From assembly GCF_009914755.1 (NCBI RefSeq), contig NC_060933.1: a stretch of 64,000 nucleotides of DNA; one strand, 5' to 3'. The notes under the pieces were generated by a model, which saw only the letters and a list, made by a program, of their open reading frames with translations, ran no database searches and was not told where the DNA came from. Origin of the DNA: the human T2T-CHM13v2.0 reference genome, Homo sapiens. Made by a program: the position numbers and the translations under genes. Shown piece after piece: positions 1-11,800 of the stretch. Every line of letters begins with the position of its first letter. Positions within the stretch are counted from its first letter, which is position 1.

Positions 1-1408
1 AGAGGCTGGCAGGGCCTCGCTGCAGCACAGAATGATCCCATAGGTCTCAAGGCCTAGTGTCAGCTGCAAGTTCACTCATCCATCAGCCCTGTCTCCCTCC
101 TCCTTTGAAAGAGCAGTGGCCAGCGCCACTTGTAAAAGCCCTGGGGTTCCGGAAAGCCGACCGCGCATTACAGGACACCTGCAATGAGGAACAGAGGCGA
201 ATCCGAGGGGGAGACCATGTGACCACGCGTGGCACTGGCCAATCCCACAGCAGTTGGTGTTAATATGTGTCACCGGAGACATACCGCGCGACGGCAAAAC
301 AAAGAGTGGGGTCCAGGCTTGTGCCGGTGGAAGGGGGAAACGGGTGACATTTCCATCAATGTCAAGGAAAATCTAAGAACGCCTGGGACCCGGGGGGTGG
401 GGGGGCCGCCTGTGCCTGACCCAAGCCACGTTTTCGAATGCCTACTAGAGGAGCAAAGAGGTTTCTGCAAAATTGGCAACACCCCCAATCCTCCACTGAC
501 CTGGTTGCCCTGACGCAATTTCGGCTGGCACAAACCCACAGATAGTGGGAAAGAAACACACAGAGACTGAGAGACAGAGAGAGAAGAGAGAATGGGAGAC
601 ACACACACAGACACACACACACGCACACACACACACGCAGAGTCATACAGCAGAGGCATTGAAACACACACCCCCAGGCAACCCCTGAGGCTGCGGGTTT
701 CTGCTCTGGAGGAGAAAGACCCTCGGGTGAGAGAGTAGCCCAGGGGCACGCAGGCCGACCCGTCCTCGAGATCACGGATGGCGGCACGACTTTTGGGGAG
801 ACTCACCCGAACCAACGCCGACCGTGCAGGCCTGAGGCTGGGATCCCATGCTGCTTCCTCCGTCTCCGCCTGGGGTTTCATCATCATGGTCCACCCTTTG
901 CGACTCCTGGCATCCGGGGACGTTCCTTTCGACCCCGTGGCAGGTGAGGCCAGAGCCTCAGAGCCTCGACACCCAAGCACTGCCATGGAGGGCTCCTGGA
1001 CTGCCAAGCCTCGGGGCCTGGTTTCTAAGACAACCCTGGGAACCACTGTGATGGGAGAAACCGCTCCCGCCTCGCGCATGCGCATTGGCTGAGCCGACTG
1101 GCGCTCCACTCCTGACAGATAGGCTGCGTCCCCTTTAAATATAGCCACCGCCGCGCCGCGATGCTCCTGCTGCCGCCACGGCGGTGGCTGGATCCTGGGT
1201 CCTGTGTGGGGCGGCGTGGGAGAGGGGGCCGCGGGTGTCTCCTCCTGTCCCAGGCCCAAACCCCAGGGGTCCTGTCCTCAGGACCTGCTTGAGCCGACTT
1301 CCACCAAGGGAGGGGGAGCCTCAGGAGGCCTGCTGTGTTCTCCCGACTCCCGTTGAGATCCGATTTTGGCCCCCTCCGAGTGAGATAGGATGGGCTCACC
1401 ACAATTGG
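1..1408. repeat. SST1/NBL2 macrosatellite, short (~1.41 kb) unit
   Basis: GGCCTCGCTGCAGCACAGAA at 13 recurs at 1421 (period 1408), and GACCACGCGTGGCACTGG at 221 recurs at 1631. The unit is GC/CpG-rich with an internal (CA)/(GA) tract at ~555-640. Unit length and composition match NBL2/SST1. Confidence 0.88.
1040..1200 (+). promoter_or_regulatory. Putative CpG-rich promoter module inside SST1 (NRF1 site, inverted CCAAT, TATA-like box)
   Basis: GCGCATGCGC at 1074-1083, ATTGG at 1084-1088 and TTTAAATATA at 1134-1143. The equivalent in unit 2 is at 3527-3595. Motif evidence only. Confidence 0.4.
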
Positions 1409-3858
1409 AGGGGCTGGCAGGGCCTCGCTGCAGCACAGAATGATCCCATAGGTCTCAAGGCCTAGTGTCAGCTGCAAATTCACTCATCCATCAGCCCTCT
1501 GCCTCCCTCCTCCTTTGAAAGAGCAGTGGCCAGCCCCGCTTGTAAAAGTCCTGAGGTTCCGGAAAGCGGACCGCGGTTTACAGGACACCTGTAAAGAGGA
1601 ACAGAGGTGAATCCGAGGGGGAGACCATGTGACCACGCGTGGCACTGGCCAATCCCACAGCAGTTGGTGTTAATGTGTGTCACCGGAGGCATACGGCGCG
1701 ACGGCGAAACAAAGGGTGGGGTCCGGGCATGTGCTGGTGGAAGGGGGAAACAGGTGACCTTTCCGTCAATACCAAGGAAAATCAAAGAACACCTGGGACC
1801 CTGGGGGGTGGGGGGCCGCCTGTGCCTGACCCAAGCCACGTTTTCGAATGCCTACCAGAGGAGCAAAGAGGTTTCTGCAAAATTCGCAACACCCCCAATC
1901 CTCCACCGACCTGGTAGCCCTGACGCAGCTTCGGCTGCACCCAGCCCCAGCCCCAGCCCCCAGCCCTAGCCCAGTCCCTTTGGTTCCCTGACATTCGTTT
2001 CGCCCAGAAGATCAAGGCAGTCAGTCCACCCAGGAGCAGAGGAGAGGATGTCCCTCAAGAATGAGACAGGTATTGTAGAGGAAATGCGACACCACCTGTC
2101 CTGGAAGACAAGGCCAGTCACGGTCGCCTAGCACTGATTCTAGGCAATCCACCCACCCATGAGGGGAAACGTGGAGAAGAAGGAAGCTTCTCTGTCTGAG
2201 ACACCTATGGAAGCCAAGAGCTCCCGGGTCATGAGACCTGCCCAATCAAGCAGAAAGACGTTTGGACAGAGAAACAATCACGACACGGGTCTCCAGGACG
2301 TGTCTCCCTGACGGAGTGGGAAGTCATCTTTGTTGAAGGCATTTGGCCAGAACGAGAGGCATCCAGGCCCCTGAGAAACAGGGTAGGCAGAGCCAGAGGG
2401 AGGACAGAGCAGAGGCTGGAGCCCAGGCAGGATACAGCACCTTGCCACCGCCACGGGCATAAGGGGTGGGGTTCCAAAAGGGTGGTTTGTCCAGGGAGGC
2501 CAGTGTTCCAGGGACAGGGAGTTTTGCCATCTCTCATTCCCGGGTTCCTCTTGCAGACTGTATCGTGGTGTGGCTTCATTTCTCAGAGAAGAGCCGTGAA
2601 AAGACTCAAGCATCTTCTCTGACGTGGGTCCGCTGCTCTCCTGTGGGACAAAGAGCTCCTGTGGGGCTCTTGTCCTCGTCTGCATTGTGTTCATCTTGAT
2701 CCTAGAAAAGAGGCCGCTCAGGATGGGGATGAGACTTCAATTGCTCCAGGACCGAAGCATCTCCTCATGTGGGTCAGGCTTTCACACACCCCAAGCGGAT
2801 CCGCGGTGGCAAAAACGATTGTCAACAGGCCTCATGACCCAGGCAGCAAGGCAGAAAGACTCTCAACAAAGACACGCCGCCATGCGAGAAACCGCTTTGT
2901 GGCGCACAGGGCACATTCAGCCAAACACACACACCCACAGCGGCACACACACACAAACCCACAGAGTGTGGGATAGAAACCCACAGAGACTGAGATACAG
3001 AGTGAGAAGAGAGAATGGGAAACACATACACAGACACACACAGACACACACAGGCTCACTCACACACATACACACACAGACTCACACACAGAGTCATCCA
3101 GCAGAGGTATTGAAATACTCACCCCCAGGACACCCCTGAGACTGCGGGGTTCTACTCTCGACAAGAACGACCCCCGGATGAGAGAGCAGCCCAGGGGCAC
3201 GCAGGCCGACCTGTCTTAGAGATCACAGACGGTGGCACGACTTTTGGGGAGAGTCACCCCAACCAACACCGTCCAGGCAGGCCTGAGGCTGGGATGCTGT
3301 GCTGCTTTTCCCAGACTCCGCCTGGGGTTTCCTCTTTCTGTTCGGCGCTTTGCGACTCCTGGCATCTGGAGACTTTCCCGTAGACCCCGTGGAGAGGTCA
3401 GGACCAGAGCCTCAGAGCCCTGATACCCAAAGACTGCCAGGGAGGGCTCCTGCTTTTCTAAGCCTCGGGGACTGGTTTCTAAGACAACCGTGGAACCACT
3501 GTGATGGGAAAAGCCACTCGCGCCTCGCGCAGGCGCATTGGCTAGGCCGACTCGCGCTTCGCTCCTGGCAGTCAGGCTGCGTCCCCTTTAAATAATGGCA
3601 GCGCTTCGGGGCGGCGGCGAGGCTCCTGCTGCAGCCGCGGTGGCGGGTGGATCCGGGGTCCAGTTTGGGGCAGTGTGGGAGAGGGGTCCCGTGTGTCTTG
3701 TCCCAGGGCCAAAGCCCCAGGAGTCCTGTCCTCAGGACCTCCTTGAGCCGACTTCCACCGAGGGAGCGGGAGCTTCAGGATGCTTGCTGTGTTCTCAGGA
3801 CTCCCCTTCAGATTCATTTTGGCCCGCTGAATCAGATAGGATGGGCTCACTACATCTG
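1409..3858. repeat. SST1 macrosatellite, long (~2.45 kb) unit
   Basis: The same anchors recur at 3871 and 4081 (period 2450). The unit carries ~1 kb (~1940-2950) absent from unit 1, including SstI/SacI GAGCTC sites at 2218 and 2653. Confidence 0.88.
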
Positions 3859-4967
3859 GTGAGGCCATAGGGCCTCGCTGCAGCACAGAATAATCCCATA
3901 AGTCTCAAGGCCTAGTGTCAGCTGCATATTTACTGATCCATCAGCCCTCTGCTTCCTTCCTCCTTTGAAAGAGCAGTGGCCTGCTCCGCTTCTAAAAGCC
4001 CTCGGGCTCCGGAAAGCCAACCGCGCTTTACAGGACTCGTGGAAAGAGGAACAGGGGTGAATCCGAGATGGAGACCATGTGACCACGCGTGGCACTGGCG
4101 TATCCCACAGCAGATGGTGTGAATGTGTCACCGGAGGCATACATTGTGACGGCAAAACCAACAATGGTGTCCAGGAATGTGCCCGGTCGAAGCGGGGAAC
4201 GAGTGACCTTTCCATCAATGCCAAGGAAAATCGAAGAACACCTGGGAACGAGGAGGGTGCCTGAGCCTTAGTCCAAGCCACATTTTGAAATGCCTGCCAG
4301 AGGATTAAAGAGGTTTTGGCAAAATTCACCCCACCCCCAACCCTCCAATGCCCAGGTAGCCCTGACCCAACCTCCCCTGCAACCAGCCCCAGCCCCAGCC
4401 CCAGCCCCAGCCCCAACCCTGTCCCTTTGGTTCCTTTCCCCGACATTCGTTATGGTCAAAAGATCCAGGGAGTCAGTCCACCCAGGAGCAGAGGAGAGGA
4501 CGTGTTTCACGAATGAGACATGAAGTGCAGAGGAAATGCGACAGCACCTGTCCTAGAAGACAAGGCCTGTCACTGTCGACTAGCGCTCATTCCAGGCAAT
4601 CCACCCACCCATGAGGTGAAAGATGGAGAGGAAGGAAGCTTCCCTGTCTGAGACAAGTATGGAAGCCAAGAGCTCCAGGGTGGTCAATCCTGCCCTATCA
4701 AGCAGAAACAGGTTGGAAAGAGAGAAACCATCACGACAGGGATCTCCAGGAAGTGTCTCCCTGATGGACTGGGTTGTGATCATTGTTGAAGACATTCAGC
4801 GAGAGCGAGAGGCATCTAGGCCCTTCAGAAACAGGGGAGACAGAGCAAGAGGAAGGACAAAGCAGAGGCCAAAGCCCAGGCAGGATACAGCACTGTGCCA
4901 CTGCCACGGCCATGAGGGGAGGGGTACCAAAAAGGTGGCTTTTCCAGAAAGGCCAGCGTTCCAGTGA
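3859..4967. repeat. SST1 long-type unit, truncated at the alpha-satellite junction
   Basis: Colinear with ~1409-2515 and more diverged than units 1 and 2. It ends at CCAGCGTTCCAGTGAC, which runs directly into alpha-satellite TATCTGTGAAAATG. Confidence 0.85.
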
Positions 4968-7900
4968 CTATCTGTGAAAATGCTTTGTGATGCATGGGTT
5001 ATCCCTCAGAGTTAAACATTTGTTTTGACTTAGCAGTTTGGAAACACTCTTTTTAAAGAATCAATGAAGGGATATTTTGAAGCCCATGGATGAGTATATT
5101 GAGAAACTAAATATCCCACCTTAGAAACTAGCAAGAAATTATTAGTGAAAATGTTCTGTGGTGTGTGGATTCATCTCACAGAGTTAGACTTTTGTTTTTA
5201 TTCTGCAGGTTTCAAACACTCTTTTGTGGAATCTACAAAGGAACATTTTAGAGCCCACTGAGGCCTATAGTGAAAACTGAATATCTTGTGATAAAAGCTA
5301 GAAACGAGCTATCTGTGAAAATGTTTGTGATGTGTGGATTTATCTCATAGAGTTATACTTATGTTTATATACAGCAGGTTGGAAACACTCTTTTAGTAGA
5401 ATCTAAAATAAAAAATTTCTGAGTCCTTGAGGCCTATTATAAAAAAAGAATATCCCTGATAAAAACTGGCAACACATTATCTGTGAAAATGCTTTGAGAT
5501 ATGTGGATTCATCTCGCAAAGTTAAACCCTTGTTTTGGTTCAGAAGGTTGAAAACACTCTTTTTGTAATATCTATGAAGGGATATTTTGGAGCCCATAGA
5601 GGCCTATACTAAAAACCAAATATCCCAGGATAAAAACTAGAAACAAGCTATGTGTGAAAATGTTTTGCAATGTGTAGAATCATCTCACAGAGTTAAACCT
5701 TGTTTTGATTGGGCAGGTTGGAAACATTCTTTTTGTAGAACAAAGGAAGGGACATTTTGGAGCTCATTGAGGCCTATAGTGAAAAACCACATATGCCATG
5801 ATAAAAACTAGAACAAGCTATCTGTAAAAATCTTTTGCAATGTGTGGTTTCATCTCACAGAGTTTAATCTTTATTTTGACTTAGCAGTTTGGAAACACTA
5901 TTTTTCTAGAATCTGCAAGGGGACATTTCAAACCCAATGAGGCCTGTAGTAAAAAACTGAATATCCCACGATGAAAACTAGAAACTAGCTATCTGTGAAA
6001 ATGCTTTCAGATGTGTGGCTTCATCTAATGGAGTTGAATGTTAGTTTTGATTCAGCAGGTTGGAAACTTAGCAGTTTGGAAACACTCATTTTGTAGAATC
6101 AAAGAGGGGACTTTTCTTAGCCCCCTGAGGCCTTTAGTGAAAAATCAAATATCCCGTGATAAAAACTAGAAACAAGTTATCTGTAAAAATGCTTTGCAAT
6201 TTGTGGATTTGTCTCACAATGTTAAACCTTTGTTTTGATTCAGCAGGTTGGAAACTGTCTTTTTGTACAATTGATGAGGAGATATTTCAAAGCCCATTGA
6301 TTGAGGCTTATAGTGAAAAACCTAAAATCCTAATAAACACTATAAATAAGCTATCTCTGAAAATGCTTTGAGATGTGTAATTTCATCTTATAGAGTTAAA
6401 TCTTTCTTTTTATTCAACAGGATGGAAACATTCTTATTGTAGAATATACGAAAGGATATTTCAGAGCAAATTGAGGCCTGTAGTGAAAAACAGAATATAC
6501 TGTGATAAAAGCTAGAAACAAGGTATCTCTAAAAATGCTTTGTGATGTGTAGTTTTATCATACAAAGTTAAACCTTTGTATTGCATCAGCAGGTTGGAAA
6601 CTCTCTGCTTGTAGAATATATGAGAGGTCAATTTGGAGCCCATTTTGGCAGGTAGTGAAAAACCAATATTCTGTGATAGAAACTAGAAAAGGCTGTCTGT
6701 GAAAAAGCTTTCTGATGTCTGGATTCATCACACAGAGTTAAATCTTTGTTTTAATTCAGGAGGTTGAAAACACTGTTTCTGGAAAATCTATGGAAGGCGG
6801 GTTGGAAACACTTTTTTTTAGTAGAACCTACAAAGAGACACTTTGGAGCCCATTGAGGCCTGTAGTAAAAATACAAATGTCCCATGATGAAAACTAGAAA
6901 AAGTTTTATGTGAAAATGCTTTGCAATGAGTGGATTTATATCACCAGGTTAAAGCTTTGTTTTGACTTAGCAGATTGGAAGCACTATTTATGAAGAATCT
7001 ACGAAGGGACATTTTAGAGCCCATTGAGGGCTCTTTTAAAAAATCGAATGTCCCACAATGAAAACTAGATATAAGCTATCTGTGAAAATGCTTTGTGATG
7101 TACGGATGCATCTCCCAGAGTTAAACCTTTGTTTTTATTCTGCAGGTTGCAGACAGTCTAATTCTGGAACGTGTTAAAAGACATTTCAAGGCCCATTGAG
7201 AACTATAATAAAAAACAAATATTCCTTGATAAAAACTAGAAAAATCTATCAGTGAAAATCCTTTGTGTTGTGTGGATTCAACTGAGACTTAAAATTGTTT
7301 TGATTCAGCACGTTGGAAAAACTCTTTTTTAGAATCTATGAAGCAACATTTCACAGCCCATAGAGGCCTATAGTTGTAAAACCGAATATTCTGCTATAAA
7401 AACAGGAAACAAGCTATCTGTGAAAATACTTTCCAATGTGTGGATTTATCTCACAAAGTTAAACTTTTGTTTTGTTACAGCAAGTCGAAAACAATCTTTT
7501 TGAAGAACATTCAAAGGAATATTTTGAAGCCAATTGAGGCCTGCAGTGGAAAACCAAATATCTTATCATAAAAACTTGAAAGAAGTTATCTGTGAAAATG
7601 CTTTGTGATGTGTTCCTTCATCTGACAGAGATAAATCTTTATTTTGATTCAGCAGGTTGGAAACACTATTTTTATAGAATCTAGGAAGGAACATTTCTGA
7701 GCCCATTGAGGCCTATAGAGAAAAACCTAATATCCTGTGATAAAATCTAGAAACAAAATATCTGTGAAAATTTTTTATGATGTGTGAATTCATCTATCAG
7801 AGATAAAACATTTTTTGATTCAGCAGGTTGGAAAAACTCTTTGTAGAATCTATAAAGGGATATTTCAGAGCCCATTGAGGCCTACTGTGGAAAATTGAAT

Positions 7901-8870
7901 ATTCTGCAATAAAAACTAGAAACAAGCTATCTGTGTAAATGCTTTGCCATGTGTGGGTTCATCTTACAGAGTTAAACCTTTGTTTTGATTCAGCAGGTTG
8001 AAAACATTCTTTTAATAGAATCTACAAAGGGACACTTCAAAGTACATTGAAGGCTATACTGAAAAACCTAATACCAGTGATTAAAACTAGCAGCAAGCTA
8101 TCTGTGAAAATGCTTTCTGATATGTGGATTTGTCTCACAAACTTAAACCTTTGTTTTGATTCAGCAGGTTGGCAACACTCTTTTTGTACAACCTATGAAG
8201 GGACATTTTGGAGCTCACTGAGGCCTATAGTGAAAAAATGAATATTTCAAGATAGAAACTAGAAACAAGCAATATTTGAAAATGCTTGGTGGTGTGTGGA
8301 TTCATCTCACAGAGGTAAACCTTTATATTGATTCAGCACATTGGAAACACTCTTTTTAAAGAATCTACAAAAGGACATTTTGGAACCCATTGACAAGTAT
8401 ATTGAAAAACTGAATATGCCACGATACATACTAGCAACAATCTATTAGTGAAAATGCTTTGTGATGTGTGGATTCATCTCACAAAGTTTAACCTTTATTA
8501 TCATTCGGTAGGTTGAGAACACTCTTTATGTAGCATATACAAAAAAAAAGATATTTTTGTGAACATTGAGGACTAAAGTAAAACACCAAATATTTCACAG
8601 TAAAAACTAAAAACTGTCTATCTGTGAAAATGCTTTGTGAAGTGTGGATTTATCTCACAGAGTTAAACCTTTGTTTTGATTCAACAGGATGAAAACACCT
8701 TTTTTTGTAGAATCTATGAAGGGACATTTCAGAGCCTATTGTGGAGTATACTGAAAAACCTAATATCCCAGCATAAAAACTAGAAAGAAGCTATCTTTGC
8801 AAATGATTTGTGATGTGTGGATTCATCTTACAGAGATAAACCTTTTTGTATCAGTTAAACCCTTTTTTTA
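4968..8870. repeat. Monomeric (divergent) alpha satellite, block 1
   Basis: ~171-bp tandem monomers of the form CTATCTGTGAAAATGCTTTGTGATGTGTGGATTCATCTCACAGAGTTAAAC...GGAAACACTCTTTTTGTAGAATCT...GAGGCCTATAGTGAAAAA. Neighbouring monomers are highly divergent and no CENP-B box was seen. Confidence 0.95.
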
Positions 8871-11800
8871 TTCCTCGCAAGTTGGAGGCCTCCCACCTGA
8901 CCACGGGGCCATGTTGTGGACAGCTTGTGCAATGAAGGGAATGCAAGGATGGAGTTGGAAACACTTCCTGTGTCATCTGTCTTCACCTTTTTTTGCAGAT
9001 GGAGGTGCAGGACCCCATCCACACCTCAGCAGACTGTATGCTCACCCGTATCTGACCTTATTGCTGCTCACACTCCTAGTTCTGGAATGAAATCCCAAGA
9101 TGTTGGAGGAGTGTTCCTTTCATGACGTGAAGCACCTGCTCGGCTGCAAACCGAATTCGAATTGGATTCAAGCGGCCTGTGGACAGGACTGCTAGGGTCC
9201 CGCCCTGGGTTGGCCACAGGACAATGAGGCCCTGACAGGTGTCTTCTCCTGAGAGTGGTGTGCTCCTCTTCTTTCTAGAAGAGTGGCTCCTTTGTATGGG
9301 GAGGTGATTTGTACACCTGTGAGTCTCAACCATCCCCCCAACTCACCATGGACTCAGGAAGCACGGAAAAACAAAGAACATGCAGCCCCATAGGCCAAGC
9401 AGAGCCACACAGACAGGTGCACCAGAAGGTGAAGGGACTCAAAAAAAAAAGCACTGCAGTGCATTAAACACATTCCTTTTAACAGATGCCCCTCACACAC
9501 ACACACACAGACACACACAAACACACATACAGCCACACACACACACACAGACATTCAAACAGTCACAACACTGCCACAGAAACACACAGACTGGCAGCTC
9601 CTGAGGCTGCACGGTTCTGCAGGAAGCCCCTTCTGAGAGAGAGCAGCCCTGGAAAACAGAGGCGGGCTGTACCTAGAAATCACAGGGAGGGAATTTCAAA
9701 AAGATTCACTCCCACATCGTCTAGGCAGGCCTGACTCATCGTGGGTATCCTTTTGGATCCTTAGGGATTTTGTGGTTTATTCCTGGGACTCCACTTGATG
9801 TGTCTTCAGGCTGGCTCACCACTGCCCACTCCTAGGATTGTGGGAATATCCCATAGAGCCCTCAGAGTAGACAGGTGATAGTTCAATGCCAACACACAGC
9901 CACAGAGGACTCCTTCTCCACCAAGATGAAGGGACTTGTCACCAGCCAATGGTGGCATTCACTGTGATGTGAGCCGCTGCTCACCACTGGTGCCTGGTGG
10001 CCTGACTGTCACATGCGCATCCACAAAGCAGGCTCTGGCACCTGGCTGTCAGGGCTGTAAGCCTGGCAAAGCTCAGGAAAATGGTACAGCCAGAGCTGGC
10101 CTAGTCTCCAGAAAAAGGCTGCCTGCAGCAACCGACTGCAGCATGCTAATAGTCTCAAAACATAGGGCCTTCATGAGCCATCTCCGTGGTAGGGTCCCAC
10201 AGGAGAAGGAGGAGTTTGAAGACTGTGAGGTGGGATCTGGAGACTGCTCTTCTGAGTCCATTCCCAAAAGAGGCTGTGTGCATGAATTCGGTCTCCTGGG
10301 GATGGGAATAAAGTCTGGTGAGTTGTTAAGAGGTCTCTGGGTGATGGAATAATATCTGAGATCCAAGAGGCAGGTGTCAGTGGAAGATGGCCAGGCCCTT
10401 GAACCCCCTGCCTTTCTTCATCCTGGGCCTCACAGGGGCTCCTGCTTCTCAGCATGGCTCTCTGGTAAAGGCAGGAACCATGACAAAGGCAAGTCCAAGG
10501 TGGAGCACTGTTCTCACACCTAAAACAGGCCTCTCGCAGGTGCACATGAGGTTAAGAGAGTGTCTCAGAGGATGTCTGGGGCAATTTGAAACCTGAAAAT
10601 AACATCCAGGTGTGCTGTTGATGGGCACTGTGGACCCCCCATGAAAGCAAAGAAAAGTCAAGGTTCTCCTGGGAGAATGAGCAAACTTGTGCAGGAGTCC
10701 AAGCCATGTTGAAGGATTCCTGCCAGAGAATTTAAAAGCCTCCTGCAAAGTGTAAACAATGCCAGCCACCATTATGAGACCACTACCCACAACCTGGTGT
10801 GCGGCCAGCCTACCCAAAATACCTTTTGCTTTCTGATATACCTGGCAACCAAAATATGCACAATGAAAGTCAGTCCCACCCACCAACAGCCCAATGAAAT
10901 ACCCCATCCACAATGAGAAAGGAAGTGCAGATGACATGAAACAGAGCCTAGATTTCCAAGTAAAAGCCAGACACAGCTGCCTGTTTCTCATCCTACAGGA
11001 GTCATGCAGCTGTCTTTTAGAAGTGGGAGAACAAGTTATCTTGATGGTGTATATAATCGAAATTTATGATTCCGAAAGTATCACAACTGCCCAGTAATTA
11101 AAATGTGACAGTGTTTATAAGAAAACACTCATGCAATGGATTCCCATGAGAATCGTCCTCCATGAACTGGGAAACTTTTAGTGTGGAAGACTTTGAGCCA
11201 GACCCAGAAAAACCCCAGGTTCACAAGGAACATGGAAGTCAGACTGAGCCAGACCTAGGAAACTCTAGGCCCACAAGGAACATGGAAGTCAGGAAAAGAG
11301 GAGGACAGTGTGGAGGCCACATCCAAGCCAGCATCAGTCCATCTCACTCCAATGTGGCTCTGGGAATGGAAGCTGAATTCTGGAGCTGGCCAGAAGGGTC
11401 CCAGTTTGCAATCCAACTTTTCCTTGCACGATTGAGTCATCCCACCCGGGCACCAGGCCATGCTGTTTACTGTGCAATGAAGGGAATGAGGGGATGCAGT
11501 TGGAAGCAACTTCTGTGTCATCTGTCTGCACCTTTTTTGCAGGTGAAGGTGTGAGATCCCATCCACACCTCAACAGACTGTATCCTCACCCCTATCTGAC
11601 CTTATTGTTGCTCACACTCTGTGTCCCAGAATAAAATTCTGAGACAATGGAGGAGTGCCTCCCTGATGACCTGAAGCACCTGCTCAGCTACAAACCAAAA
11701 TCGAGGTAAATTCAAGAAGCCCTGCGACTGGACTGCTGGGGTCTGGCCCTGGGTTGGCCACAGAACAATAAAGCACGGGGAGTTGTCTGTTTTGGGGTGT

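Noticed and set aside
211-245. ER-stress element (CCAAT with CCACG)
   Set aside because: The ATTGG-to-CCACG spacing is 6 nt, which fits neither ERSE (CCAAT-N9-CCACG) nor ERSE-II (ATTGG-N-CCACG).
270-1259. 329-aa minus-strand ORF and other ORFs in SST1
   Set aside because: They lie in a GC-rich satellite and cross (CA)n tracts (VCVCV runs). They have no recognisable domain, and the frame is not kept in the neighbouring unit.
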